Origin: Yuukianura sp. NJ FZ-2021
Lineage: Eukaryota
Assembly: GCA_046563655.1 (NCBI GenBank)
Contig: CM102285.1
Coordinates: 7,192,001-7,256,000 of the forward strand
Reading direction: 5' to 3'
DNA length: 64,000 bases
Shown: positions 1-13,012 of the stretch, piece by piece
How the letters are laid out: each line of letters begins with the position of its first letter
How positions within the stretch are numbered: the first letter of the stretch is position 1
Notes under the pieces: generated by a model
Database searches by the model: none
The model's input: only the letters and a program-made list of their open reading frames with translations
Told to the model about the DNA's origin: nothing
Made by a program: the position numbers and the translations under genes

Positions 1-285
1 AAATTTTGAAAAAAGTTGAAAATTTTGAAAAAAGTTGAAAATTTTGAAAAAAGTTCAAAATTTTGAAAAAAGTTCAAAATTTTGAAATAACTTCAACATT
101 TTGACAAAAAATGTTCAAAATTTTGAAAAAAAAGTTCAAAATTTTGAAAAAAGTTACAGTTTTTGGAAAAAGTTCGAAATTTTGGAGAAAGTTCAAAATT
201 TTGAAAAAAACTTCAAAATTTTGAAAAAATATGTTCAAAATTTTGAAACAAAGGTCGAAATTGTGAAAGAATAAAAATTTTGAAC
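1..285. repeat. Minisatellite, ~20-bp unit (AAAATTTTGAAAAAAGTTC), runs off the window start
   Basis: About 13 tandem copies of aaaattttgaaaaaagtt(c/g), degenerating toward ~285. Confidence 0.9.
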
Positions 286-1054
286 AATCTGTGGCAGGAA
301 AACCGCTTTACTGAAAAACGGTGACTTTTATTTTTGTGAACCGACTTTTTTGACAAGCCGCCATAATTCCTCATTTCCAGAGGGTCGTTTATAGCTTCTG
401 AGGGACAGTAAGTAAAGTATAAGTAAAGTATTTTTTATGAAAACTTTACCTCCACCTTGTACATCACTGTACATATTTGAGGAAATGTTTGTAACGTTTC
501 CTTTACGTTTCCGTTTGCACGATTGCGTGTTTCAGATTCCGTTTTTAGGCTGATTTGCAGTCAAAAATATGTCAAGTGACAAAGACAGTATGTTATGAAA
601 TTTTGAGTGTCATAAGCAGACCTGTGAGAAGAAAGGGGAATTTTTTTAAGGACTTATTTGTCTTTAATAAGTTTTAAAATCTTTAAAATGTTTTAAAAAC
701 TTTTTTCGCTCTTTTTTCTTTATCGAAAATCAGGTAAAAACTGGAAATTTGGGTCAACAAATGCAATCTGGTCAGAAATTTCTTCATTTTAGTCTTCTGG
801 AGACGCATGTCTACGACATGCTGAAGAAGACTTGATACGACTTTTCTGTCCGTCTGTCACATTTTTTAGGAAACTTTCCACTTAAACATAAGCCCCAACG
901 CAGTCGGGGGGTTATGTATGGCTCAAGTGTTTTTGGTAGGTCTGTATTCTACTAAAAATGTTATATTAACAACGTGAAAATTAGCGGCTACTTCCCGTTG
1001 CCGACTCTTCTGACTTAAATTTTTTTGACACCTCTGCATTGCACTCAAAATATT

Positions 1055-1450
1055 TTTAAACAACGAAGTTTTGATCTGTTCACTTTGTGACAGTATGTTT
1101 ATTTACGTTGTTAATTTGTCTTTTATTAGAGGGTAGAAATTCCAGCTTAAATTCATAATATGTAAACAACGCTTGACAGGGTGTAAATTTGCATTCATAA
1201 GAAATTTTATAATTTTGAATTTAAACAAACGATATTAGAGGCCTAACAATCAACGTTCCATTTTATTTAAACAACGAAGTTTTGACCTTGTTAGTTGCTG
1301 ACAGTATGTTTATTCACGTTGTTAATTTAAGCCTAGTTAGAGGGTAGAAATTCCAGCTTAAATCCGTAGTACGTAAGCAGCAAATGGGAGGGTTCAAATT
1401 TGCATTCATAAGAAATTTTTATGATTTTGATTTTAAAGAAACGATATTTG
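1055..1450. repeat. Two diverged tandem copies of a ~210-bp unit
   Basis: Blocks aaacaacgaagttttga, gacagtatgtttat, ttagagggtagaaattccagcttaaat and aaatttgcattcataagaaatttt each occur twice, ~210 bp apart. Confidence 0.8.
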
Positions 1451-1760
1451 ACCTCTACCCCACAACGTACAGTTTTGTGCATGATGCACACAATTGAAGG
1501 TTTGTGCAGGTTTGAGAACTACCTTGAGCATTGCCATGACAACATCGACAATACATTATGTGCATCTTCCTCAACAAATTAAGAACATCAATCAAGAACG
1601 ATATTCGACCCCTTCTCCTAAACATTCAATTTTGTGCATTTGGTGCACAACAAATTAACAACATCAATTCAGTGCAGATGTTGTCGGCCTCAAAACTTTA
1701 ACAAGATTTTCTTTCAATTTAAGGTGTGCGGACACCCTGGAAACTGGGGGTCAAAATGCC

Positions 1761-2073
1761 GCTGTAACACATGAAATGAAAAATGATCTGGGACACCGTA
1801 GAAAGGTCATACAATGACCCACAATATATCAAACTTTAGGAAAAGACTTGATCTAGTTTCTCGCTAAAAAAAAATTACAAAGTTTTGGTTCCATCTACGT
1901 AAATATGGAGGTGGAATGTTTGGGTCCATTTTTTTTACAGTTACAACTAAAACTTTGTAATTTTTTTTAGCGAGAAACTAGATCAAGTCTTTTCCTAAAG
2001 TTTGATACATTGTGGGTCACTGTATGACATTCCTACGCTGACCCAGACCGTTTTTCAATTTCAATGTCGCAGC
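1761..2073. mobile_element. MITE-like fold-back, ~130-bp inverted arms
   Basis: The arm at ~1761-1890 (…atcaaactttaggaaaagacttgatctagtttctcgctaaaaa…) is the reverse complement of ~1945-2073. Confidence 0.75.
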
Positions 2074-2613
2074 CTCAGAAAAATTGTTGACAAAACCCAG
2101 ACGACGGCAACCGAACTTGTGTCAGTATTTTGTTTGTTTGAAAGTGCATACTTTTTTTGATCATCTTTGCACTGATCCTTTTTCACCACTCACGAGGGTG
2201 TTTCTTTTTGTCGATGTCTGCATCTTTTACTAACTGCAAAAACTCGGTTATCGTGGTTACTAAATTTAACGATTATTGTTTATTAGACGCATAACACACG
2301 TCCTTAACTGTAAAATTGCCAAGACAATTTTGGTACAGCTCATGCACAAAGTAGGATCTCACATTCGCACTGAAAATTTTCAGTGACGTTTTAAAGCTTC
2401 AATTCTATGAAAACGGTTTCTCAGTTCGTCCACAGTTTTACGGTAGGCCGGTCTAATGTCGTATCAATTGTCAACTCCCTCCAGAAGACCTATGCTCAAC
2501 CCTTGAGCATCGCCCTACCTTGTTTTGTAAGTTTTTGACAATTGGGCGATAATTGCAAATTCAAAACGGTGGGGCGAAGCATTTAGTTCAAATTTTAAAA
2601 CATGTTCGTTGAG

Positions 2614-2795
2614 CATTATTGCTGGATATCCACTTTTTTGACGTTTCGTCCAGTGGATATCTACTGGATAATATATTTCATCCGGTTTTATCCGGAAGAA
2701 ATGGCTGGATAAAATAGATATACGTGGATACTTGCGGATACTTCCATTTCTTTTGATGCAGGTAGAAGAAATATTTTATCCATCCAGCAACATTG
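2614..2795. mobile_element. Decayed hAT-like MITE, same family as 55867-56143
   Basis: ttgctggatatccacttttttgacgtttcgtcca … tccagcaacattg matches the termini at 55867 and 56143. Confidence 0.65.
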
Positions 2796-5700
2796 TTGTT
2801 TAGGAACGAGAATTACGCTTACCTTCAGTATTTTTCCAATAACACAAACAAATCTTTTACTGTATTTAGTTGTTTTTAGGCTTTTGGAATTAATTTTTTG
2901 CCATTTTTAACAACTTTTTTCAAAACTTGTTTGAGCAGTTTTTAAGAAATTTTTAAGAACTTAAAATGAAGATTTTTAGAACTTTCTTTTCACAGGTCTG
3001 ATCATAATGCAACCAACACCACACTCAGAGACCATACTAGCACATCGAATAAATGTTAAAAAGGGATACTAAACGCGCTGTGTAACGTATTATCCCGACT
3101 GAAACAAACGTGTTGCAGTACTACAAAGTCATTCCACGCAACAGCATCGTCTACTGGACTCAATTCGAACAACGCTGCAAGATTTCTATATTCCCGAGTG
3201 AGTCAAACGTAATTTAGAAATTTTGGACATTGATGAATCACCTTCGTAGTTTCTTCACTAATTTGGAGCGCAAGAAAACTAATCTCTCCCTTGTGGATCT
3301 CTACACAAATACCGCCTTACGTTTGAATAATTTTTAGGAGAAACCGATATTAACATGTTCTTCACAATGGATCAAATTGCTTGCCTGCATCGCTACCCAA
3401 TGCCAAGACTCGTTCCCCGGTCAACTTGACCGCGGCAAGGCTAATACCATACTCAAGAATTAACCTCATATTCATATTCATCCAGCTCCACTCTATTGAT
3501 AAGAAGAAGGCAGTAGTACTAAATTTCTGAGCCTTCCTTGATATTATCAGCGACAAGATAAAGCTCATTTCCCCGCTGAAGAAAGCTGTAGAAAGTAGCG
3601 ATCTCTTGGGACTGATTGTGTTTTCTACTTCTTTGTGCCTAGGCAGGCTCCGTAATCGGTTGAGGTGCCCTTAAGGGCCCACAGGGCTCCTTGGATGATG
3701 ATCATCCAACTTTTGGAGAGTCCCTTGGAACGTACAGTGCACGAAAGCCGAGAAGCCCTCATCTTTAGAATTGCTTTCTCTACTTTCCCTCTTCAATCCT
3801 TCCCGCCTCCTTATCTCCAGGAATATAAAAATGAGCTTAAGGAGTAAACTGCTTCTTTCCAGTGAAGCTTAATTTACTCCCTGCCTTAGTAGTTTTCACT
3901 GCTACTTTCACTTTCGCGTCCTAAACTTAACTCGTTAAACAGTTAGTTCCCTTTGTTATTTATTCCAATACGACAAAACCCAAATCTTTTTCGAATATAT
4001 GTCTTTAACTGCTTCAATTTTATGCTCCAGAAAGGAGTTCCAGTTCCAGCGGAATCTGGTAATTCAAAATTCACTTTCACTTTGCTTTCATGTTTATATT
4101 TGGACAGTGAAACTGTGACGGGTACAGCGGAAATTGAACCGTGCCAAAAGCCTAAGAGCACTGGATCTTGTTTTCTTGAGAGTAAGTAAACAAACAAGGA
4201 AAAAGCGTGACGTGGACCTGTTATGGTTGCGAAAGCTTTGTGAGGGTGACATGACCTCGATTCCACGCTTTCACCTGGAGTGGCGCCAATATTTGAAAAA
4301 TGTAAAAATTTGCGCGGGTGAAAAGCAAAGCCAATCAACGCTCCGCCCTGAGCTCAGCTGTAAGCTACTGTAAGTCACCAACTTTTTTCTTCTGCGCTAA
4401 AATCTAAAACCTTAATCGCAAATGTAAGGTTCATGAACAAAGAAAATGCTATCACTCATAAATTTTTTCGGGAATCTGAAAAATTCGTGGATTAGACTCG
4501 CCCGGAGAATTTCATTCGATCTGTAAGGCTTCTGCTTGGAAACGTTTAACGGTGACACAAGAAAACTTCAAAGGAACCATTACCCGTGACAATAAATATA
4601 CAAAAGATACTTAGTTTCGGACATGACTTGAATTAAATTCAAAGTCCGATTCAGGCTCAAATCAGAATTTTAACTGAACCAATTTTACGTCAAAACATCT
4701 GAATCGCTTTATTTAAACATCGTTTTCTTTAGAGTAATTGGAATCAAGTAGTAACTTTAGTTAAGGAGACCTTAACTGCAAGTTAAATGCTGGTTTTATT
4801 TTAATGTTATGTTTGAATGGTTTTGTTGTTGGGTTGAGTATGGTTACCCTGAGGCTATTCTTTCTTCAATTTCCTCAGATCTAACGTGTTTTGAGAAGTA
4901 AACTCGGAAATAATTCTGCACTCAATCAAGCCTTTATTTCAGTCCCCCATTGTTCTCTGGCAATTTCTCGCACTCGCACACAGGACCCCCAGCAGAGATT
5001 AGAAAAGAAGCAGGGATTGGGCATTGGGAAAGTGCTAGAAGTTTCACCGGAAATGCAGTTGAGCCAAAGGTTTTGACTTTTGAACTCACAATGATATCGA
5101 CCGTTTGGTAATAAGTAAAAAAAAGTTAGGAAAAAATTTAGACAACTTACGGAACGGTTCTTCCGGAATCTGAAATGTGTTACATAGGTGCATCACGATT
5201 GGTAATTTTCTAATTTTGGACCAAAACACATCTGAAGCAAAATAGGCGATCTTAGTATTGATATGGCAACAAATTGTTAAAAAAGAAAATGAAAAATCCA
5301 CAATTTCGAATTGATTTTGTTTACGTGCCACCTTTTTCATCTAGCTGTAGATGTTTGACCTGTCAACCTCAATATCATCGGTCAAGATCAACTTCACGCT
5401 ACATTATTTCCGTTGGGGCTGAGGATTAATGCTTCCCTGTTGAGCGTGCCTTTTCACTTGTTCCTTGAATTTCTACAGAGGATTTCACTTTTCTTCATTA
5501 TCTACAACGGTATTAGCTAATGGTAGTGGTAGAGAAATATACCGTTTTTCAAAATGGCGGCCGCCCTTATCAGCAATTGCATATGCTCAAAACGTTTTTG
5601 CTCCCATATGACGTCATAACCCCCCCCCCCCACTTCCACACCCCCATACCCCCTATATTCTACTTTTCCCCCACATGACCCCCAAGTCACGTGCCCCCCC

Positions 5701-6848
5701 CTCCCCCAAACCACAAAGTTGGAATTTATTTTTAAAAAAATCTTTAAAAAAATAATTTTTTTAAAAAAAATCAATTTTTGAAAAAAAAAAAGACAATTTT
5801 TTCCTAAAATTTGGAAATTGCAAAATGTTTTGAAACTTGGAAAATGGAATGGCTGTTAAAACATTCAATTGGAAGTTGCCCCAGATGTCCCCAAATTTAA
5901 ATGTCAATGTCAATCTAATTTTTTCAAGGTCATGCGTGCCTTTTGCATTGGCATATGAATTTGTATCAAGGTCATGCGCGCCATTTACAATTTTGTGTAT
6001 ATTTTTCAAGGTGATTCCAATATTTTTTTCAAGGTCAAGCGAGCATTTTGAAATTGCCATGTACCGCGAGCCCTTTGCTGGGTTCCCGGGGTCACGAGGA
6101 TCAAGTACGGCGCAGGGGCAGTGTATTCGGCTCGTCAGAGGATTAGTGGGGTGCCATTCGGCCACTGCTAAAAGAAACCGAAAACCACTTCCGGTTAGCC
6201 TGCCAAAAGAAACCGCAAACCACTTCCGGTCAGTTTGCCCGTGCACATGCACGTACAATTCCATTTGAATTTTGAAAACAAACATCAAGGTCAAAGGTCA
6301 AAGCGAGTGACGCGTCTAGCAGTGACGCTTCACTGCTAGACACGTCACTCGCAATAGACTTGTCGCTACGTTCGGGGGCGTGGCTTGTCGGTCGACTCTT
6401 TGGCCAATCGGCGTTTATCATTTCAAAAGTGGGCGTGGCTTGAGGAAATGGAGCCATTTGATTGGTCCGCACCACTCCGGGGTGTGGCTACCTCTGGCCA
6501 ACGTCTCGCTCTTTCTTGTGAGTTCATAATTTGCCCTTGGTTGAATTCCAATAATGACAAATTATGAAATCAACCAAAGTCAGAAACACTCGGCCTTAGA
6601 ATTGAGCAGAGACCCATGGTTAATATGAGAGGAACCACTTTTGTTTGTGCCATTTTTTCGATTTCGTCATGAAAAATGCCCTTGACATTTTACCTAGCAC
6701 AGGAACGTAATTATTTTTGGAACCGGTGAAAACCCTTTGAAATTGGTGCAGTAGTCGTCGAGAGAACGGTGCTAATATTTTTCAGACATAGAGACAGAGA
6801 GACTGAAAGAATTATTATAAATTATCATCTAGTATTTAAAAATTATAC

Positions 6849-7491
6849 ATGAGTTACATAAGTAAGTATAAGCTATATACTTTTGTTTATCTGTGTCGCA
6901 TGCGGTATATTAAATTTGTTTGCCTTTCGAGTTTGAAACGTTTTCGATTCTCAACTTTACTGGTTGTCTTTTGTTTGGCTACGCGGAAGTCGCAGAGCAA
7001 TTATTCTTTTGATTTCATGGATGTTTTATTATCCTTGAGTTGTTCTCGTTACTTCCGCAATAACTTTTTTTTCAGTCTTGCTTCACACTCCGAGTGCAAC
7101 TCTTCAATTATATGCCCTCAATTTGGAAAGCGATCTTACGATGTGGATGTCCATATTTTTTCTCGCTACCATAGCTACAACCAACGATGGGGTCGCATGG
7201 AATCAGGTAATATAGTAATATTTTTGAGTATGTCAATCATTTTTCCTGTCGAATTTAAAGGTGCACGTGCCGCTATATATTGGTCAACCGCACTGCGCCG
7301 AGATTTTTTTGAGTTTCGATATCGTCATTGCTAACCTGCCTGACGTCTTTTCAAACATTCGAGGGACATCAACAAATGACATTATTCAGAATCAGATTGA
7401 CGGGTTGAAATTTAGTTACGAGGATCTTGAATTTGAAGCCTATTTCTGTCAAGACGGGTATGAGTTGAAAGGGTTTGGGCTGGAGTATTAA
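6849..7491 (+). pseudogene. Intron-containing gene or gene fragment of unknown function inside palindrome 1 (left copy)
   Basis: Exons 6849-6861, 7076-7206 and 7261-7491 join in frame through GTAAGT…TTTTTTCAG and GTAATA…TTTAAAG (124 aa). Includes a signal-like MWMSIFFLATIATT and a YFCQDGYELKG motif. Confidence 0.5.
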
Positions 7492-8217
7492 TTTGCACAA
7501 AAGCAAATATCGTTATTGATGCTTATTTTGAGTATGACGGCAAAAAGTGCGTGAAACGGGTAACAACTTGCTATAGTTAAGCTTGGCTAAGTTAGCAACT
7601 TAGCGAAGCTACGAACGAAGCAACGAATTCCTGGTGTTTACCTTCCGATGGCATACCCTGTATAATAAAGTCTACACATAAAATAGAATAATCTTTTTAC
7701 GAATTGTCATGAATGCAGTCCTAGTTCGCCGTGTAGTCTACGGAGGAATCGTATAGTTCGTCATAGTACGTTTCCATTTCACCAGTGTTATCCTCAATCA
7801 GCTTGGTTTCGCCGTCATAGTATGAGGGCAAAAAGTGCGTGAAACTGGTAACAACTTGCAAACAACAACCGTTAGAAACAATTTCCGAGGATGGCGAGGA
7901 AACCAAGCTGATTGAGGATAACACTGGTGAAATGGAAACGTACTATGACGAACTATACGATTCCTCCGTAGACTACACGGCGAACTAGGACTGCATTCAT
8001 GACAATTCGTAAAAAGATTATTCTATTTTATGTGTAGACTTTATTATACAGGGTATGCCATCGGAAGGTAAACACCAGGAATTCGTTGCTTCGTTCGTAG
8101 CTTCGCTAAGTTGCTAACTTAGCCAAGCTTAACTATAGCAAGTTGTTACCCGTTTCACGCACTTTTTGCCGTCATACTCAAAATAAGCATCAATAACGAT
8201 ATTTGCTTTTGTGCAAA

Positions 8218-8860
8218 TTAATACTCCAGCCCAAACCCTTTCAACTCATACCCGTCTTGACAGAAATAGGCTTCAAATTCAAGATCCTCGTAACTAAATT
8301 TCAACCCGTCAATCTGATTCTGAATAATGTCATTTGTTGATGTCCCTCGAATGTTTGAAAAGACGTCAGGCAGGTTAGCAATGACGATATCGAAATTCAA
8401 AAAAATCTCGGCGCAGTGCGGTTGACCAATATATAGCGGCACGTGCACCTTTAAATTCGACAGGAAAAATAATTGACATACTCAAAAATATTACTATATT
8501 ACCTGATTCCATGCGACCCCATCGTTGGTTGTAGCTATGGTAGCGAGAAAAAATATGGACATCCACATCGTAAGATCGCTTTCGAAATTGAGGGCATATA
8601 ATTGAAGAGTTGCACTCGGAGTGTGAAGCAAGACTGAAAAAAAAGTTATTGCGGAAGTAACGAGAACAACTCAAGGATAATAAAACATCCATGAAATCAA
8701 AAGAATAATTGCTCTGCGACTTCCGCGTAGCCAAACAAAAGACAACCAGTAAAGTTGAGAATCGAAAACGTTTCAAACTCGAAAGGCAAACAAATTTAAT
8801 ATACCGCATGCGACACAGATAAACAAAAGTATATAGCTTATACTTACTTATGTAACTCAT
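8218..8860 (-). pseudogene. Mirror copy of the gene fragment at 6849-7491
   Basis: Reverse-complement copy; the ORF track shows the same peptides with single-residue differences. Confidence 0.5.
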
Positions 8861-11800
8861 GTATAATTTTTAAATACTAGATGATAATTTATAATAATTC
8901 TATCAGTCTCTCTGTCTCTATGTCTGAAAAATATTAGCACCGTTCTCTCGACGACTACTGCACCAATTTCAAAGGGTTTTCACAGGTTCCAAAAATAATT
9001 ACGTTCCTGTGCTAGGTAAAATGTCAAGGGCATTTTTCATGACGAAATCGAAAAAATGGCACAAACAAAAGTGGTTCCTCTCATATTAACCATGGGTCTC
9101 TGCTCAATTCTAAGGCCGAGTGTTTCTGACTTTGGTTGATTTCATAATTTGTCTTTATTGGGATTCAACCAAGGGCAAATTATGAACTCACAAGAAAGAG
9201 CGAAAAAATTAGATTGACATTGACATTTAAATTTGGGGACATCTGGGGCAACTTCCCATTGAATGTTTTAACAGCCATTCCATTTTCCAAGTTTCAAAAC
9301 ATTTTTCAATTTCCAAATTTTAGGAAAAAATTGTCTTTTTTTCAAAAATTGATTTTTAAAAAAAAATGATTTTTTTAAAAATAAATTCCAACTTTGTGGT
9401 TTGGGGGAGGGGGGGGGCACGTGGGGGAAGAGGAGGATATAGGGGGAGGGATATATAGGGGGTATAGGGGGTGCGGAGCGGAAGTGGGGGGGGGTGATAA
9501 CGTCATATGGGAGCAAAAACGTTTTGAGCAGATGCAATTGCTGATAAGGGGGACGCCATTTTTAAAAACAGTATTTCTCTACCACTGCCATTACCTGGTA
9601 TTGTAAGCAATGTAAGAAAGTGATCCCTCAAGAAAACAATGGGGAAAAACTGACCTTTGACCCTTTACATACCCCACTCGTAGAAATAATTAACATTTTA
9701 TACAAATTGTGGCGAATGAACATCCAAACTTTCTTGTTGTTTTACGTGCTACGCTATTCTGCTTTGTCATCTCCTTTAAGTTTTTGAAAAGTAGATCGAC
9801 TTTTCAGTTCTGAAAAAGTTTTGGTTCAAAGTGAAATGTGAAAGACAGTTTCCCATTGGGCTGTGTAAAATCATTTGAATGTCGATTGTAATTTTTGTAT
9901 GAAGAGCAAGTGCAGCAAGAGCAGAAGCAGTAAAGGAAATGAGCCGTGGTTTGTAAAACTTTTACTCTTACAATTGAGCAAAATTTATGTTATTTCAGAT
10001 GTATCCATTTGAATAAAATGGCTCCCAGTTTCACTTTCAAAATTTTCTGCTCTTTTTATGAGCCGTTGTATCAGGGCATTTAACAATTCCCTACCATTGG
10101 TCTTTCCCTTGCCCAAACTGAGGAACTGACGTTCGGTAATGCTCGCAGTTTTTGACATCAATTTTAGTTTCAAAATAGAACCCTTGAAGTTTACTCCGAC
10201 AAGCGGTTGACAAAAAGCAGAATGTATTTTGTTTCATTTTCAAGAGAAGTTTTTGAGTTGACTGACACATGCACTTAATATGTGAATTTAGTTTACATGT
10301 GCACAACTAACCTAAAAATACTGGAACCAAATCTAAAAACAAAGTTTTTTAATATTGGACAAAGTTTTGTTGGGGTTGGACATAAACCCGAACTTTACCA
10401 TTTTTACAATTTGTTCTTAAAGGTTCCTTATTGAGTCTTTCCAATGTCCCCTCTTGATAAAATCTCCATGTAACTCATAAACGGTTTTTTACATGTTAGC
10501 TTAATATTTAAAGATGGGGACAGATACGACATTTTTATACTTCCGCAAGGGCTGATTCCTAGTGAAAGTTTGCTAGAAGTCAGTTTGCAAGGAAACAGCT
10601 AAACCAAAAATCCAATCTCTGAAGCTGTTGAGTTTTAGGACTCTAAGAACAAAATACGATTTAAGAGGCAGTAGGTTTCCGTCATAAAAATTGGTCAACC
10701 ATAAACGAAGCGAAAAAGAAAGCAGCCGTTGGAACAATTTTTTAGTCATTTGGATCCGAGCCATGGACCGATGCCATGGCACAGCGGTGGGCTTTCACTT
10801 TTACTTCCTCCCGCTGTCAACATTTTCAAACTTTGTAAAAAAAATGAAATTATTTAATTCTACAATTGAAACCCATCCTAAAACTTCAAAGTTTTGAGAA
10901 GGACTGTTCTTGGAACTTGAGTATGACGTAACCCTACTTTTGAATTCAAATTTTAAAAAGAGAATATAAAAACCTGCTGACAAGTTGGAATTTAATTTGG
11001 GAATGTTTTGTGCATCCCTTGTGGCATAGATTGCAGCAATCTGATTCCCTTCCTTTGACACTTTGTGGCAGAAAGTGTGCTACTCACCTAAAACTGAGGT
11101 TTTTGGTTTTATTTCCGATTTGAAGCTGTGGAATTTCAAGTTTCCCACGAAAGGTTCGATTCTGAAATGGCTGAAACTGTGTGGGCAACCACAACGTTTG
11201 AAACCGTTGCTGACGTTCGTTGTGGCTGGTCAGAAATTACAGCAATGGTTCCTTGTTCAAATTTTGAATTTCGTGGCGATGTGGAACGCTATTAAATTTT
11301 GAATGTTACGTGTTACATAACCTGAGGGACCATATTACCTATCAGCTTATAAAAAATTGCTCTTTTAAATGAAAGTCTTAAAGATGCAAACTTTCACTTC
11401 CTAAGATCACTGTCTTGCTTCTTAGACACATAGAAACCGTTGTTATAAAGATCAATGGAAGTGAAAAGAGAAAAGCTGTAATTGGTTCCCTTGAGATTAA
11501 TGACACAGGAACATCCAAGTTCTCAAGATTTCTAACGGAAGGTGATTCAGTTGTAATTGACCTCTGACCTGCATATCAGACTTCTTCCTACATAAATCCA
11601 ATACCAAGTCCAACGTTGCAGAAAACTTTTAGTTGCGAGACATATACGACTTTTGTGGAGTTCCAACTTGCCACGTTATACCGGCGTTTCAACCCAAAAG
11701 TTGGTGAAGTCGGAATGGGAACAATCGCCTTACTGCAGCAATCATATCAAAAAATTTAACATTTTCTCTTCTTTTTTAATTTTTCGACATTTTCCTGCCG

Positions 11801-13012
11801 AAGTTTGTTATTACTCATACTCCATCCGCACATTATGCTGCCAACAAATCACCATAAACCTGAATGTCGCTTGCATTTGGCGGCTGGCGGGCGCCCTGGG
11901 GCCACTATTCGCCATGTTTCCAGAGACTTGTGCCAAAACGGGCGCCCTTGTGGAGTTTCATCTTTGCCACCACGGTGGAATTGGAGTAGTTTCGAGCGAG
12001 ACCTATGAGCCGCGGTGTCTCATCAGCAAAAATTTAATAAGAACGGGGATGATACAGTTTCATGTGACTGAAGCGTCGTCCTTAAATGGAGAAACACTTT
12101 GCTCAAATTGTCCGACACTGACAATCCGGCTCTTCCAAATAAATTCTTGGGTCTCAGGCCTGTAAACTGACAGGAAAAACGTAGACAAAGTATAAAAAAA
12201 AGTCACCAGACGTAACTGAAGGAAAAACGCAAAAACAATGAAACAAGCTACGAGGCGAACCATTCTACCAACTGAAATCATAAATGTTGATTAGGTTACC
12301 ACCTTAGGTTGATTAGGTTAGATATGGAGAGTTAGCTCCACCTAGCATATTACGGTGTTGGAGTAAGTTCAAAAATCAAAGCGAGTATGAATTAGTCAAT
12401 AAATCATTCTGAACATCTGAACGTTTTAAGAGAACTTAGATTGTGCCCCCGATTTTTGCGTTCATATTTGGGTAGGTAATTTTGTAATCGAACTCAGAGT
12501 AATCGAAGCTCCAAGGGTTTACGATTACAAATTATAGATTAAAACTTTCAGATAAAAACCCAAAAATCCTTAAAATAATTCCGCTTGTAATAATTTTCAA
12601 TAATTTAGTTTCAGAAACCAGAATTTAAAATAAGACGAATTTTTTGGTCATTATATAGCACTTACGTTCCATGCGATCGTTAACGTCAAATTGACTTTTG
12701 CGGTATGTGTCCACTTATTTTCCCGCGAGTAAAGTAAACCCTGAGAACTGCAAAACCACATTTGCCTCCGTTTTGTGAAGGCAATTTTGTTGTCGTATTC
12801 GATAAAGCAAATGCCCTTGATGATACATCAGTTCGGATTAAATCAGTTTTTGATCGGCGGGTATACTTATCTGCGTCCATGTTGGAATTTATCAGAGAAT
12901 GTCATAAAGGCGAAACTTAAATAATTTAGAAAACTAAGAAATAAGTCAACAAGCGAGTTGAAGGTCAATGACTTTGCTTTGATTTTTGAATTTTCATAGA
13001 AATTTTCAATGT

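Larger units (their letters stand above)
617..3000. mobile_element. Old non-autonomous TIR element (hAT-like) hosting nested repeats
   Basis: Inverted termini CAGACCTGTGAGAAGAAAG (617) / CTTTCTTTTCACAGGTCTG (3000); flanks gtcataag / atcataat match 6 of 8, consistent with a decayed 8-bp TSD. Confidence 0.5.
5518..9593. mobile_element. Fold-back/palindromic element 1 (4.1 kb): diverged ~400-bp outer TIRs plus a near-perfect 1305-bp inner inverted duplication
   Basis: 5518-5925 is the imperfect reverse complement of ~9204-9593. 6506-7810 is the reverse complement of 7899-9203, with no indels and about 7 substitutions by eye. Loop 7811-7898. Segment 5926-6505 is present only on the left. No convincing TSD beyond TA. 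Confidence 0.9.

Noticed and set aside
3362..4373. Cluster of short ORFs as a gene or endogenous viral element
   Set aside because: No recognisable motif or consistent splice model; possibly a decayed coding remnant but unsupported without a search.
6849..7334. 161-aa unspliced ORF and its mirror as a real protein
   Set aside because: It reads through AT-rich sequence bounded by strong splice signals; the spliced model in another frame fits better.
12290..12320. TTAGG motifs (also ~20420, 24660, 25450, 47030-47210) as interstitial telomere
   Set aside because: Only 1-3 imperfect copies per site; such motifs are common inside arthropod repeats.
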